Part shown: in pieces, positions 9,682-19,803 of the stretch
Position numbering within the stretch: position 1 is the stretch's first letter
Layout: every line of letters begins with the position of its first letter
NCBI GenBank assembly: GCA_034003325.1
Contig: JAVEYW010000002.1
Coordinates: forward strand, 214,189 to 278,188
Source: Desulfobacterales bacterium
GTDB lineage: Bacteria; Desulfobacterota; Desulfobacteria; Desulfobacterales; JAFDDL01
DNA: 64,000 nt
Direction: 5' to 3'
Notes under the pieces: generated by a model
The model's input: the letters and a program-made list of their open reading frames with translations, nothing else
Told to the model about the DNA's origin: nothing
Databases searched by the model: none
Position numbers and translations under genes: made by a program

Positions 9682-11667
9682 CTACTTTTTGCAACAGTCA
9701 TGACAATGGGCGGGTGATGCCATGAGACAAAATGCCTCTCGATTGGTTTCGTTCCCGATAATGGCGATGAGATCATTGGGCATTAACACAAAATCGGCAT
9801 CCGGGTTGGGCTTGAGTTGCTCTTCTCGGGCCACACCGACCACCGAAGCCCCTGTTTTTTTGCGTATTTCGCTCCTACCTATCGACTGGTGTGCCATGGG
9901 GCTTTCCGGGGCTAACCGGACCCACTGCAAATCGAATTGTTGTTCAGCGCCTCGGAGTTGAGAGAGTACGCGATAGTCGTTATTCCGGCTGAATAAATGG
10001 GCATGAAATTCCTGCCGCACGGTATCGGTATGTCGCTGTATTTCTGTCGCCGTGACATTGAGCCGCAAAAGCGCCTGACGAGCCATTTCGAGGCTGGCTT
10101 CAAATTCCGGAAACACCACTTCGAACACGCCTAACTCCTTCAATAAGTTAGTGTAATCTGCCCCGGAAGTTCTTGCCACGATTTCGATTCGGTGATTCAG
10201 TCGCTTGGCGTGCTCTACGATCGATCTTGCGGTGACAAGTCCGGGAACGGTCAAAATCAAAAGGGAAGCCTTTTTGATTTCGGCCGCTTCCAGAACCGTT
10301 TCCTGGCCGGCGTCCCCGTAAACGGTCGCCATGCCGGCCTTTTTGGCTTGTTCGAAGCGTGGGTGATCCAGCTCGATGATCACAAATTTCAAACTTAAGC
10401 GCTTAAAGACCTGTGCGATTTGAAACCCGATGCGCCCACCGCCGGCGATCACGACATGACCGGCAAGGCCCGAATCGGGCATGTTGAAAGATTCGAGTGC
10501 TTCCCGGGGAAGCCATCGTTTTTTAAACGCATAGATTCGTGCTGTTTGACCTGAAATAAAGGGTGTTAGCACCATCGTAAAAATGGCGGAAGTCAGTATC
10601 AACGTGTACAGTTCGCTCTCAATGGAGTGGGTGGAAACCCCCACTCTTGCCAAAACGAAAGAGAACTCCCCAATTTGAAACAGGCCAAGTCCGACAGCCC
10701 ACGGAATTACATTTTTATATCTGAAAATTCGAACGACAACCGCAAAAATAAGGCCTTTTCCGATTCCCACCGCAAGCACCAACAGAAGAACTTGTCGAAA
10801 ATGATCGAAAAGAAACATCGGATTCAACAGCATGCCAACCGAAGTAAAAAACAACAATCCAAAAAGGTCGCGAAGCGGAATAATATCACTCAAGGCCTGG
10901 TGTCCATAGTCCGACTCGCTCAGAACCATGCCGGCGACAAAAGCGCCAAAAGCAAAAGAGAGCCCCACCATATGCGTCAGATAGCCGACACCCAGCCCGA
11001 TCGCCGTGATCGCGAGCAAGAAAAGCTCCCTTGAACCGATTTTGGCGATATGGGCCAACAGCCGCGGCAGCAACCGGGTTCCAAGCAAAATCATTCCGAA
11101 GATAAAGGCGGCCGCTTTTAGTGCCGCAAAACCGAGAACCGGCATCCCCACTGCGGGATTGTTGAGTTGAGGGAGGATGATCATCATCGGAACCACCGCC
11201 AAATCCTGCACGATAAGCATTCCGATCATCACCTTGCTCGAAAGGGTGCCCAACCATCCCTGGCTCATGAGTGTTTTGAGGATGACCATGGTACTGGAAA
11301 GAGAGATAAGTGCCCCCAACCATAATGACGATTTCCAGTCCCATCCCATCCATTGTCCAATGCCAAGGCCGAGTCCCATGGTCGAAACCAGCTGAATGGG
11401 GGTTCCTATCAGGGCCACCTGCTTCACCGGTTTGAGGTCTTTCAGGGAAAACTCGAGTCCGAGTGCGAACAAGAGAAGCGCAATGCCGATCTCGGATAGA
11501 AGCTCAATCTCGTGAATGTTTGAGATCGTAAGGCCGCCGGTATGCGGCCCCAAAACCACCCCTGCCACGATGTAGCCGATAATTAAGGGCTGACCGAGTC
11601 GTTTTAACACCAGTCCGCAAAAAAACGCAGCAACGATCAGCAGGATGATGTCGGTTGCAATGCCCAC
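9682..11667 (-). CDS. CPA2-family cation:proton antiporter with C-terminal TrkA-N/TrkA-C (RCK) domains (Kef-type)
   Basis: 661-aa ORF. A polytopic N-terminal half is followed by the Rossmann motif [15 protein letters not shown] and a TrkA-C-like end. It carries an unusual C-terminal HCHDCCKK tail. Confidence 0.9.
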   Translation of the reverse strand: MGIATDIILLIVAAFFCGLVLKRLGQPLIIGYIVAGVVLGPHTGGLTISNIHEIELLSEIGIALLLFALGLEFSLKDLKPVKQVALIGTPIQLVSTMGLGLGIGQWMGWDWKSSLWLGALISLSSTMVILKTLMSQGWLGTLSSKVMIGMLIVQDLAVVPMMIILPQLNNPAVGMPVLGFAALKAAAFIFGMILLGTRLLPRLLAHIAKIGSRELFLLAITAIGLGVGYLTHMVGLSFAFGAFVAGMVLSESDYGHQALSDIIPLRDLFGLLFFTSVGMLLNPMFLFDHFRQVLLLVLAVGIGKGLIFAVVVRIFRYKNVIPWAVGLGLFQIGEFSFVLARVGVSTHSIESELYTLILTSAIFTMVLTPFISGQTARIYAFKKRWLPREALESFNMPDSGLAGHVVIAGGGRIGFQIAQVFKRLSLKFVIIELDHPRFEQAKKAGMATVYGDAGQETVLEAAEIKKASLLILTVPGLVTARSIVEHAKRLNHRIEIVARTSGADYTNLLKELGVFEVVFPEFEASLEMARQALLRLNVTATEIQRHTDTVRQEFHAHLFSRNNDYRVLSQLRGAEQQFDLQWVRLAPESPMAHQSIGRSEIRKKTGASVVGVAREEQLKPNPDADFVLMPNDLIAIIGNETNREAFCLMASPAHCHDCCKK

Positions 11668-11712
11668 TAATTTTTTCCTGTTGAAGCCTTATGATACAAC
11701 TTCCGTTCCCCT

Positions 11713-12198
11713 TTATTTTTTTGACGGAACGATTTCTTGACCGCGGGAAGTAAAAGAAACGCCTTGCTGAGATTGTGCGCCGATCATGATTGTTTCTATG
11801 ATTGGGGCATTGACCGGTTTGTCGGATTTCCATTCCACAATGAAATTGGCGCCCGATCCTCCGGTCTTGTCTTTTTCCGGTATGACATAGCGCAAGGATT
11901 CTAACGGGCTGAGATGTATCGCGTTATCTACAAACGTTTTCAATCGTTTTCCCTGCGTTTCATAATAATCCACTCGGGTGAGGGTGATGGCGTAATTTGG
12001 ATCGATGTTTCTGATGCTTAACGTCACCGTCAGCAAGAAAGGCCTTTCGCGATTGCCGCTATAAATATGTGAATAAGCGGGCACATAAATAGTCTGACCG
12101 TCGAATAATTCCGCTTTCGCATCCGGCCGGACCGACAGCGTTGTCAAAAGGACAAGCAACAGTGCAACCGCGTTAGCCATAGAACGATTTTTGCTCAT
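11713..12198 (-). CDS. Secreted DUF3124-like protein
   Basis: 161-aa ORF with a signal peptide (MANAVALLLVLLTTLSV). The core YVPAYSHIYSG..LTVTLSIRNID matches my recollection of DUF3124. Confidence 0.65.
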   Translation of the reverse strand: MSKNRSMANAVALLLVLLTTLSVRPDAKAELFDGQTIYVPAYSHIYSGNRERPFLLTVTLSIRNIDPNYAITLTRVDYYETQGKRLKTFVDNAIHLSPLESLRYVIPEKDKTGGSGANFIVEWKSDKPVNAPIIETIMIGAQSQQGVSFTSRGQEIVPSKK

Positions 12199-12535
12199 GG
12201 GTGCCTCGTTTTTATAGAATCATATCGGTTTGCCCTTAACGGTTTCGGCCAATTTCCCACGGTATGTAGGCCGCGCCAGGGTGTTTTTGGAAGAGCGGCA
12301 AGCTGTTTGAGCGATAGCGAGTTCCTGCCGGTCTGGAAAAAATACCCTGGCGTGGCCGAAACCATGATCATGGCCACGTTTTCTTTTAGTACAATATGTG
12401 CCTGAACGCAATGAATCAGGCGCCCGATATCGTGAGCGCGAATAAAACAGGCCTCATTCGTGCGGCATTGCCGGTCTCGACCTTTTTGCAAGCCATGTTG
12501 TTTTGGGCGGCATTACCATCAAGGTTTTTTTAGGG

Positions 12536-12565
12536 TTGACAAAAACAATTCATTTCGGGTATCTG
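12536..12565 (+). promoter_or_regulatory. Putative sigma70-type promoter for the ilv leader and ilvGM
   Basis: TTGACA (12536-12541), an 18-nt spacer, then TATCTG (12560-12565), about 35 nt upstream of the leader ATG. Confidence 0.35.
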
Positions 12566-12598
12566 AATTCGAATCAGACTAATTGATTGGGTCACAGG

Positions 12599-12688
12599 AT
12601 GAATTTCCGGGCATTACCGATTATCGGAGTGATTATTATCCTCGTCGCGATTATTCAATCGCAGCGGGGGGCGCAGATGTTCGGCTAA
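12599..12688 (+). CDS. ilvL: Ile/Val/Leu-rich leader peptide for the ilvGM attenuator
   Basis: 29 codons: MNFRALPIIGVIIILVAIIQSQRGAQMFG, with 7 Ile, 2 Val and 2 Leu. It sits directly upstream of a strong intrinsic terminator and the AHAS genes. Confidence 0.6.
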   Translation: MNFRALPIIGVIIILVAIIQSQRGAQMFG

Positions 12689-12711
12689 CGCAGGTCTTTT
12701 TTAACCACTTA

Positions 12712-12745
12712 CCCCCCGCGCCGCAAGGCAGGGGGGTTTTTTTTT
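12712..12745 (+). terminator. Intrinsic terminator (attenuator) between the leader peptide and ilvG
   Basis: CCCCCC(12712-17)..GCC-GCAA-GGC..GGGGGG(12731-36), followed by nine T (12737-45). An alternative 8-bp pairing is possible between GCGGGGGG (12664-71, inside the leader ORF) and CCCCCCGC (12712-19). Confidence 0.8.
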
Positions 12746-12774
12746 GACATTATGGGCAAGCAGGGGGGGCATTA

Positions 12775-14421
12775 ATGATGCGCGGCGTTGATTTGGTCAT
12801 TCAACTATTAAAAGAACAAGGGGTCGATACGGTGTTCGGCTTTCCGGGGGGCGCCATTATGCCCATGTATGATGCCCTCTATGATAGCGGTATTCGAAAT
12901 ATTCTTCCCCGCCATGAGCAAGGGGCCGCCTTTGCCGCCGTCGGCTATGCCCGGGCCAGCGGCAAAACCGCTGTTTGCATCTGCACTTCCGGACCGGGCG
13001 CCACCAACATCGTTACCGGCATTGCCGATGCCCTGCTGGATTCCGTGCCCCTGGTGGCCATTACCGGCCAGGTGGCCTCTCCCCTCATTGGAACGGATGC
13101 ATTTCAGGAAATCGATGTGTTGGGCATGTCGTTAAGCATCACCAAACACAGTTTCTTGATTCGGGATGTATCGGAAATCAGCGACACCTTTCGGGAAGCC
13201 TTTCGAATTGCCGCATCGGACCGGCCCGGCCCGGTGCTGATCGATATTCCGAGAGATATTCAGCTGGCGCCGGCCGAGTTCACGCCACCGCTTTTCTTCA
13301 CGCAGCCGCCCAGCCCGGTGAACCCGGCCCTGGTGGCACAGGCGGCCGCTCTGCTGCGCAGCGCGAGGCGCCCCGTCCTTTACGTGGGCGGCGGGGTCGG
13401 CATGGCCTGCGCCATCACGGAGCTTCGTCGCTTAAGCGCCCAAACGCAAATTCCGAGTGTGACGACCCTCAAGGGGATCGGCACCATTCCACCGAATGAT
13501 CCCAATTTTTTGGGGATGGTCGGCATGCACGGAAATCCTGCGGCCAATAAAGCCGTGCAACAATGTGACCTGCTGCTGTGCGTGGGCGCCCGGTTTGACG
13601 ACCGGGTTACCGGAAAGCTGGATACCTTCGCCTCGAAAGCCAAGGTCATTCATCTGGACGTGGATGCGGCGGAAATCAATAAAATCCGGTCCGCGGACGT
13701 GGGCATTCTGGGAGATTTATGCGAAGTGCTGCCGATGCTGGCATGCGATGTAGATATCGCTCCCTGGCAAGAGGAATGCCGCCGGCTCAGGGAGACCTTT
13801 GCATGGCGGTATGATATGGCCGGGGAAACGATTTCCGCGCCGCTGTTTTTAAAGCAGCTTTCAGATGCGAAACCCGCCGAGAGTATCGTGTCGTGTGATG
13901 TGGGCCAGCATCAAATGTGGGTGGCGCAGCACATGCGCTTTGACCGGCCGGAAAAACACCTGAGCAGCGGCGGACTCGGCACCATGGGATTCGGTCTTCC
14001 GGCGGCCATCGGCGCTCAGATCGCCAAGCCGGGAACCTGCGTCATCAATGTGGCCGGGGACGGCTCCTTTATGATGAATGTGCAGGAGCTGGCCACGTTG
14101 CGGCGGTATCGCCTGCCGGTTAAGATCGTTCTGATGGACAATCAGCGACTCGGCATGGTCAAGCAGTGGCAGCAGATGTTTTTCGAAAAACGATACAGCG
14201 AAACCATTTTGTGGGACAATCCGGATTTTGTCCGGCTGGCCGAGGTCTTCGATATACCGGGCCGCTGCATCACGAAAAAATCGGAGGTTGCGGCCGCCAT
14301 CAAGGACCTGCTGGAAGCAAAAACGGCTTATCTCTTGCAAGTTAAAATCGATCACGAAGAAAATGTATGGCCCCTGGTTCCACCGGGCGCGCCCAATGAT
14401 GAAATGCTGGAGTCCGCATGA
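12775..14421 (+). CDS. ilvG: Acetolactate synthase (AHAS) large subunit, IlvG/AHAS II-like
   Basis: 548-aa ORF. TPP-enzyme motifs include [38 protein letters not shown] and [12 protein letters not shown]. The C-terminus [16 protein letters not shown] matches my recollection of enterobacterial IlvG. Confidence 0.95.
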   Translation: MMRGVDLVIQLLKEQGVDTVFGFPGGAIMPMYDALYDSGIRNILPRHEQGAAFAAVGYARASGKTAVCICTSGPGATNIVTGIADALLDSVPLVAITGQVASPLIGTDAFQEIDVLGMSLSITKHSFLIRDVSEISDTFREAFRIAASDRPGPVLIDIPRDIQLAPAEFTPPLFFTQPPSPVNPALVAQAAALLRSARRPVLYVGGGVGMACAITELRRLSAQTQIPSVTTLKGIGTIPPNDPNFLGMVGMHGNPAANKAVQQCDLLLCVGARFDDRVTGKLDTFASKAKVIHLDVDAAEINKIRSADVGILGDLCEVLPMLACDVDIAPWQEECRRLRETFAWRYDMAGETISAPLFLKQLSDAKPAESIVSCDVGQHQMWVAQHMRFDRPEKHLSSGGLGTMGFGLPAAIGAQIAKPGTCVINVAGDGSFMMNVQELATLRRYRLPVKIVLMDNQRLGMVKQWQQMFFEKRYSETILWDNPDFVRLAEVFDIPGRCITKKSEVAAAIKDLLEAKTAYLLQVKIDHEENVWPLVPPGAPNDEMLESA

Positions 14422-14663
14422 TGAAACATATATTCCATATCGTAGCGCAAAACCAACCCGCCGCACTGGAGCGGTTGCTGCGGGTCACCCGGCACCGGGG
14501 ATTTACCGTAACGGCCATGACGGTGCAAACGCTGAGTCCGTCGGATCATCTGGAAATCTCATTAACCGTGGACGGCGAGCGGCCGGCGCACATCCTGTTG
14601 TATCAGCTCACAAAGCTGGCGGAAATAACGGCCGTAAACATTCCGGAAATGGTGCCGAAATGA
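14418..14663 (+). CDS. ilvM: Acetolactate synthase small subunit, IlvM-like
   Basis: 81-aa ORF overlapping the ilvG stop by 4 nt. [15 protein letters not shown] resembles the IlvM motif LERVLRVVRHRGF. Confidence 0.85.
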   Translation: MMKHIFHIVAQNQPAALERLLRVTRHRGFTVTAMTVQTLSPSDHLEISLTVDGERPAHILLYQLTKLAEITAVNIPEMVPK

Positions 14664-14676
14664 ATGGGCCCTGCTT

Positions 14677-16482
14677 TCATCCATTCAATTCTTCCTGAAG
14701 GATTTCAAGGGCCGTCCACCTTTCATAGGCGGCCGCCAGAGCGGTTTCCAATTCGGCCAGACGGTTTTTGGCGGCGGCGATGGCGCCGGCTTCCCGGCGA
14801 TAAAAATCAGGGGCTGCCATGGCGGCAAAAAGCGCCTTTTGTTCGGCTTCCATGGCTTCAATCTCTCCGGGAAGCGTGAGCAGTTCCCGCTGTTCATTAA
14901 AGCTCAGTTTTCGCTTTTTTTCCGTTCGGAGCCGAGGGGCAGGGGCATCGATCTCGGCTTTTTTGGACTTTGGCGGCACCGGCACGGCCCGTTGACGCAG
15001 CCAGTCGTCATAGCCGCCGACGTATTCACCAATATGGCCGTCCACCTCAAACACGAGGGTGCTGGTCACCACATTATTGAGAAAACTTCGATCGTGGCTG
15101 ACCATTAAAACGGTGCCCGTATAGTCAAGCAGGACTTCTTCGAGCAGCTCAAGGGTTTCGGCGTCCAGATCGTTGGTGGGCTCATCGAGCACCAGGACAT
15201 TGGACGGGCGGGCAAACAGCTTGGCCAGCAGCAGCCGGTTGCGCTCACCGCCGGATAACACGCGCACCGGGCTGTTGGCCCGGTCCGGCGCAAAAAGAAA
15301 ATCTTTCAAGTATCCGATCACATGCCGTCTTCGGCCGTTTACCTCAATGGTGTCATTGCCGTCGGCGACGTTTTGCCGAACGGTTTTGTCCTCATCCAAC
15401 TGGCCGCGAAGCTGATCAAAATACGCAATTTCAAGCCCGGTGCCGTGTCGCACATGCCCCTCTGCAGGTACCAGCCGGCCGAGCAGCAAGCTCAGCAAGG
15501 TGGTTTTGCCGGCCCCATTGGGCCCCATGATGCCCACCCGATCGCCGCGCAAAATGGTGGTTGAAAACCGGTGAATAATGGGTCGGCCCAAGTACGCGTA
15601 GCTAATATCCGTTGCCTCGATCACCAGTTTTCCGGATCTCTCGGCCGTTTGCGCGGTCATGGTGACATCGCCGGTCCGCTCGCGCCGTGCTTTTCGAATC
15701 TCCCGCAACTTCGCGAGAGCGCGCACCCGGCCCTCATTGCGCGTTCGGCGGGCCTTTACTCCCTGGCGAATCCAGGCTTCTTCCTGAGACAGTTTTTTGT
15801 CGAACTTTGCGGCGTGATCCGCCTCGGTTTGAAGGGCCTCTTCTTTTCGCCGTAAATAGGTGGCATAATCGCAGTTCCAGCGAACGGCTTGCCCCCGGTC
15901 GATATCCACAATGGCGGTCGCCAGTTTCTGCAAAAAAGCGCGATCATGGGTCACCAGCACCAGGGTGGTTCCCATTCGCAGCAGATCGTTTTCCAGCCGT
16001 TCGATCGCGGTGATATCCAGGTGGTTGGTGGGCTCATCGAGCAGCAACAGGTCCGGTTTTCGCGCAAACGCGCGGGCCAGCAAGGCCTGCCGCTTTTGGC
16101 CGGCGGATAACGACTCGCAAGGTGCCTGGGGCGGCAATTGAAACTGCGTCAAGACTGCATTGACCCGGTGAGGCTCGGGTGGCTCCCCGCCGAATCCGCC
16201 GATTTCGGTATCATTGCGGGATATCAGGTCAAAAACCGTTCCCGCCATGAGCTGGGGCACCTCCTGGGGCAATCGCGCCATTCGAATCCCTTTTGGACGA
16301 ATCACTTCCCCGCCATCCGGCAATACCTCCCCGCAGATCAGCTTCATCAGCGTGGACTTCCCCTCGCCGTTTCGGCCCAACAAACAAATCCGGTCCCCCT
16401 TGTTAATTTGCAAATTCAACTGTTCCAGCAGTTGCACACCGCCGAACCCGTAGGAGACATTCTGCAGGTTGATCAGTACCAT
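14677..16482 (-). CDS. uup: ABC-F family ATPase (Uup-like)
   Basis: Two ABC cassettes (GRNGEGKSTL, GPNGAGKTTL, LSGGE/LSAGQ signatures) plus a C-terminal coiled coil. The ORF track extends to 16626, overlapping prfC. I moved the start to ATG 16482 (MVLINLQNVSYGF). Confidence 0.9.
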   Translation of the reverse strand: MVLINLQNVSYGFGGVQLLEQLNLQINKGDRICLLGRNGEGKSTLMKLICGEVLPDGGEVIRPKGIRMARLPQEVPQLMAGTVFDLISRNDTEIGGFGGEPPEPHRVNAVLTQFQLPPQAPCESLSAGQKRQALLARAFARKPDLLLLDEPTNHLDITAIERLENDLLRMGTTLVLVTHDRAFLQKLATAIVDIDRGQAVRWNCDYATYLRRKEEALQTEADHAAKFDKKLSQEEAWIRQGVKARRTRNEGRVRALAKLREIRKARRERTGDVTMTAQTAERSGKLVIEATDISYAYLGRPIIHRFSTTILRGDRVGIMGPNGAGKTTLLSLLLGRLVPAEGHVRHGTGLEIAYFDQLRGQLDEDKTVRQNVADGNDTIEVNGRRRHVIGYLKDFLFAPDRANSPVRVLSGGERNRLLLAKLFARPSNVLVLDEPTNDLDAETLELLEEVLLDYTGTVLMVSHDRSFLNNVVTSTLVFEVDGHIGEYVGGYDDWLRQRAVPVPPKSKKAEIDAPAPRLRTEKKRKLSFNEQRELLTLPGEIEAMEAEQKALFAAMAAPDFYRREAGAIAAAKNRLAELETALAAAYERWTALEILQEELNG

Positions 16483-16519
16483 GCGCTGTCCGTTACCCGT
16501 TCCTTTGATTTTTGGTGCA

Positions 16520-18106
16520 TCAGGCAAATTCCCGGGTTTTATAAAAGTCGATTTCCGGCCATTGCTCCATGGTGTGTTCGAGCCGCCATTCGCTGGCCGC
16601 CAAAAAGGCCAGGTTTCCTTCGGCATCCCGGGTCAGAGCGTTTTGGTTTTTCCGTTCAAACTCCTTTAACCGCTTGGCGTCTTTTGCATCCACCCATCGG
16701 GCCGTGGCCAATTCCACCGGTTCATAGACCGCATCGACGCCGTATTCATCCTTTAGCCGGGCCATTGTGACCTCGAACTGCAACACCCCGACGGCGCCGA
16801 GAATATAATCACTGCCGGTCAGGGGGCGAAAAACCTGAATTGCGCCCTCTTCGGCCAGTTGAATCAGGCCCTTGTGAAGCTGTTTGCTCTTTAACGGATT
16901 TCTCAGCCACACGCGCCGGAAATGCTCGGGCGCGAAGTTGGGGATACCGGTAAATTTGATCGGTTCTTTTTCAGAAAAGGTATCCCCGATCTTGATGGTG
17001 CCGTGATTATGAATGCCGATGATATCTCCCGGAAACGCCTCCTCCACATGGGTGCGATCCTGCGCCATGAAAATCGTGGCGTTGGCGAGCGAGATCTCTT
17101 TGCCGATACGGTGATGGCGCACTTTCATTCCCCGGACAAATTTTCCGGAACAGATGCGGATAAAGGCGATTCTATCCCGGTGTGCCGGATCCATGTTGGC
17201 CTGAATTTTGAATGCAAATCCCGAAAAGTCGGACTCATAGGGGGATACGATCCGGGTGTCCGCGGGTCGCGGCCCCGGGCCGGGCGCCATCGCAACCAGC
17301 GCGTCCAGAAGCTCCTTGACGCCGAAGTTGTTTACCGCACTGCCGAAAAAAACGGGCGTCTGGCTGCCTTTCAAAAAATCAGTCATCTCAAAGGGATTGG
17401 CGGCCCCTTCCAGCAGCGAGATATCGTCGCGAAGCTCACGCGCCTGAGTGCCGAGAATCTCATCCAGCCGGGAATCATGAATATCCTTGATGAGGATCGT
17501 GTCATGGGAGACGGTTTCGCGGCCGGCGGTAAAAAGCTGAAGCTGGCTTTCATACAGGTTATAAACGCCCTTGAAGCGCTTGCCCGCACCAATGGGCCAG
17601 GTCATGGGCGCGCATTCGATCTGAAGCTTTTCTTCAATGTCGCCCAGCACATCCAGCGGCAAAAGCCCTTCACGGTCCATCTTGTTGATAAACGTAATGA
17701 TCGGCGTATTTCGCATTCGGCAAACCGCCATGAGTTTTTCGGTCTGCGGCTCAACGCCCTTGGCACTGTCGATGACCATCAGGGCGCTGTCCACGGCGGT
17801 GAGCACCCGGTAGGTGTCCTCTGAAAAATCCTCGTGGCCCGGCGTGTCCAGGAGATTGATTTCATAGCCCTGGTGGGTAAATTTCATGACCGATGAGGTC
17901 ACGGAAATGCCGCGCTCCTTTTCAATGCTCATCCAGTCGCTTCGGGCGTGGCGGGCGGCTTTTCGGGCCTTTACCGCGCCGGCCATCTGAATGGCGCCGC
18001 CAAAAAGGAGCAATTTTTCGGTCAGCGTGGTTTTTCCGGCATCCGGGTGACTGATGATGCCGAATGTCCGGCGCTGATCAATTTGTTCTTTGTTGTGTCG
18101 ATCCAC
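16520..18106 (-). CDS. prfC: Peptide chain release factor 3
   Basis: 528-aa translational GTPase: [42 protein letters not shown]. Confidence 0.97.
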   Translation of the reverse strand: MDRHNKEQIDQRRTFGIISHPDAGKTTLTEKLLLFGGAIQMAGAVKARKAARHARSDWMSIEKERGISVTSSVMKFTHQGYEINLLDTPGHEDFSEDTYRVLTAVDSALMVIDSAKGVEPQTEKLMAVCRMRNTPIITFINKMDREGLLPLDVLGDIEEKLQIECAPMTWPIGAGKRFKGVYNLYESQLQLFTAGRETVSHDTILIKDIHDSRLDEILGTQARELRDDISLLEGAANPFEMTDFLKGSQTPVFFGSAVNNFGVKELLDALVAMAPGPGPRPADTRIVSPYESDFSGFAFKIQANMDPAHRDRIAFIRICSGKFVRGMKVRHHRIGKEISLANATIFMAQDRTHVEEAFPGDIIGIHNHGTIKIGDTFSEKEPIKFTGIPNFAPEHFRRVWLRNPLKSKQLHKGLIQLAEEGAIQVFRPLTGSDYILGAVGVLQFEVTMARLKDEYGVDAVYEPVELATARWVDAKDAKRLKEFERKNQNALTRDAEGNLAFLAASEWRLEHTMEQWPEIDFYKTREFA

Positions 18107-18201
18107 TACATCCTCTTGATTCTGTCAAATTCTATCGAATGGCCACGATCTTGAAATTCCGATCACCCGGAATTTTTACCAATGGATACGCCTTTACGGC
18201 A

Positions 18202-18230
18202 TAAAAAAATCGGGCCGCCTACAGCCCGAT
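18202..18230 (-). terminator. Putative intrinsic terminator after the alpha/beta hydrolase gene
   Basis: The minus strand reads ATCGGGC-tgtaggcg-GCCCGAT followed by TTTTTTTAT. Confidence 0.6.
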
Positions 18231-18375
18231 ACCGTCCCCATAATAGTGAATTTCATTTGAATGTCAATGTCGACCCATATCAAAGCGTCAATCGGCAGCC
18301 GTGAATTGAAACGAAGATGGCCCGTCGCGAAGACTGTTTCGGTTGCGGGAAGAATGCGGCAACAGCCGGAACAGG

Positions 18376-19194
18376 TTACCGCACTGCGGACCCGGGCATG
18401 GTTTTATAGGCCAGATTCGCCACCGCCGTCATGTACTCCGACAAGGCCCTGGCAAAGATATCATTGTGATTGGCGCCGGGGATTTTCAAAAAGGTTTTTT
18501 CCTGCGACCCGGAGGCATCGTAAAGCGCCCGGCCGTCGGCAAAGGGGATAATATGGTCCAATTCGGCGTGAATAATCAATGCCGGTTTGGTAAACAGCTT
18601 TATTTTGCCTAAATTTCTAAACCCGAGGGCATCTTCATCGGCTGTAACCTCGGGCGGCGCGCCCAGCAGCGCCAACAACGGCCCCACATACGCAAAGCCG
18701 CTTTCGATGATCAGCCCGCTGATGTCATTCGAATGCGTCGCGGCAAGCTCGAGCGCGGACGCGCTGCCGAGGGACCGGCCCATCACCAGCAACGGCCCGA
18801 TGTATCCGTTTGCCGAAAGCCAGGTTTTGACGAAATGAAAAATTTTGTGGCAGTCTGCCATCATGGCTGCCACCGTGGGCCGCCCGGTTGAGGTGCCGTA
18901 CCCCCGGTAATCCACCGCCAGAAAATTAATTCCCAATTGGTTGTAAATCGGTCCCAGATCATCATAATCCGCAACGATTTCGCCGTTCCCGTGAAAAAAG
19001 AGAATATTGGGAGAAACCCGGTCCTTCATGTGAAAACAAGCGCCGATTTCAATCGCTTCACCAACCGGAATCTGCTGCAAGACGGCCGCACCACTTGCCG
19101 GTTTCTCTCCCGAGGCACTGCTCCTGGGGTGAAACAGAATCTGCAAAATTTCAGGTCGATCGATCAGAGAAAAATCGGTTTTGGTCGTTTCCAT
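18376..19194 (-). CDS. Alpha/beta hydrolase
   Basis: 272-aa ORF with HG oxyanion motif LFFHGNG and nucleophile elbow GRSLGS. Confidence 0.85.
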   Translation of the reverse strand: METTKTDFSLIDRPEILQILFHPRSSASGEKPASGAAVLQQIPVGEAIEIGACFHMKDRVSPNILFFHGNGEIVADYDDLGPIYNQLGINFLAVDYRGYGTSTGRPTVAAMMADCHKIFHFVKTWLSANGYIGPLLVMGRSLGSASALELAATHSNDISGLIIESGFAYVGPLLALLGAPPEVTADEDALGFRNLGKIKLFTKPALIIHAELDHIIPFADGRALYDASGSQEKTFLKIPGANHNDIFARALSEYMTAVANLAYKTMPGSAVR

Positions 19195-19230
19195 CTTCCT
19201 TCCCCCTTTGCCCGAGGCGGCGCAATTTTC

Positions 19231-19788
19231 TCATTTTAAGACCACGGCATGTGTAATGACGACCGGCGTTGTCGGCACATCCTGGCTGCCGGTCTCCACC
19301 ATTTCAATGGCATCCACCACATCCATGCCTTGCACAACCTTGCCGAACACGCAATACCCCCACCCGCTCTCGGATTTTGCCGTATGATTCAGGAACGGAT
19401 TGTTCTTGGCATTAATAAAAAACTGGGCCGTTGCCGAGTGCGGATCATTGGTGCGGGCCATTGCGATGGTGCCCCGACTGTTGGAAAGGCCGTTATCGGC
19501 CTCATTGTTCACGGGACCTCGCGTGTCTTTTTGGGCCATATCCGGCGTAAACCCGCCGCCCTGAATCATAAAGCCTTTGATGACCCGGTGAAAGATGGTG
19601 CCGTTATAAAACCCGCTTTCAACGTAGGATAAAAAATTTTCCACGGTCTTGGGGGCCTTGTCGCGGTTGAGTTCAAGGGTAATGGCCCCCTTGTTCGTTT
19701 CCAGCCGGACCTGGGGCAATTTGGATTCCGCAACAGCGAGAGAGGCGATCGACAACCAAAGCACAAAAGCGATGACACATCTTTTCAT
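19231..19788 (-). CDS. ppiA: Periplasmic cyclophilin-type peptidyl-prolyl cis-trans isomerase
   Basis: Signal peptide, then [15 protein letters not shown] and [21 protein letters not shown]. Confidence 0.93.
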   Translation of the reverse strand: MKRCVIAFVLWLSIASLAVAESKLPQVRLETNKGAITLELNRDKAPKTVENFLSYVESGFYNGTIFHRVIKGFMIQGGGFTPDMAQKDTRGPVNNEADNGLSNSRGTIAMARTNDPHSATAQFFINAKNNPFLNHTAKSESGWGYCVFGKVVQGMDVVDAIEMVETGSQDVPTTPVVITHAVVLK

Positions 19789-19803
19789 GTTAAGAATTCC
19801 TTT

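Noticed and set aside
16483-16626. N-terminal 48-codon extension of the uup ORF
   Set aside because: It overlaps the 3' end of prfC, and its translation ([14 protein letters not shown]..) is unlike ABC-F N-termini. ATG 16482 gives the canonical start just before the Walker A motif.
16922-17824. 300-aa plus-strand ORF
   Set aside because: It is antisense to prfC, which is a confident GTPase call. Shadow ORF.
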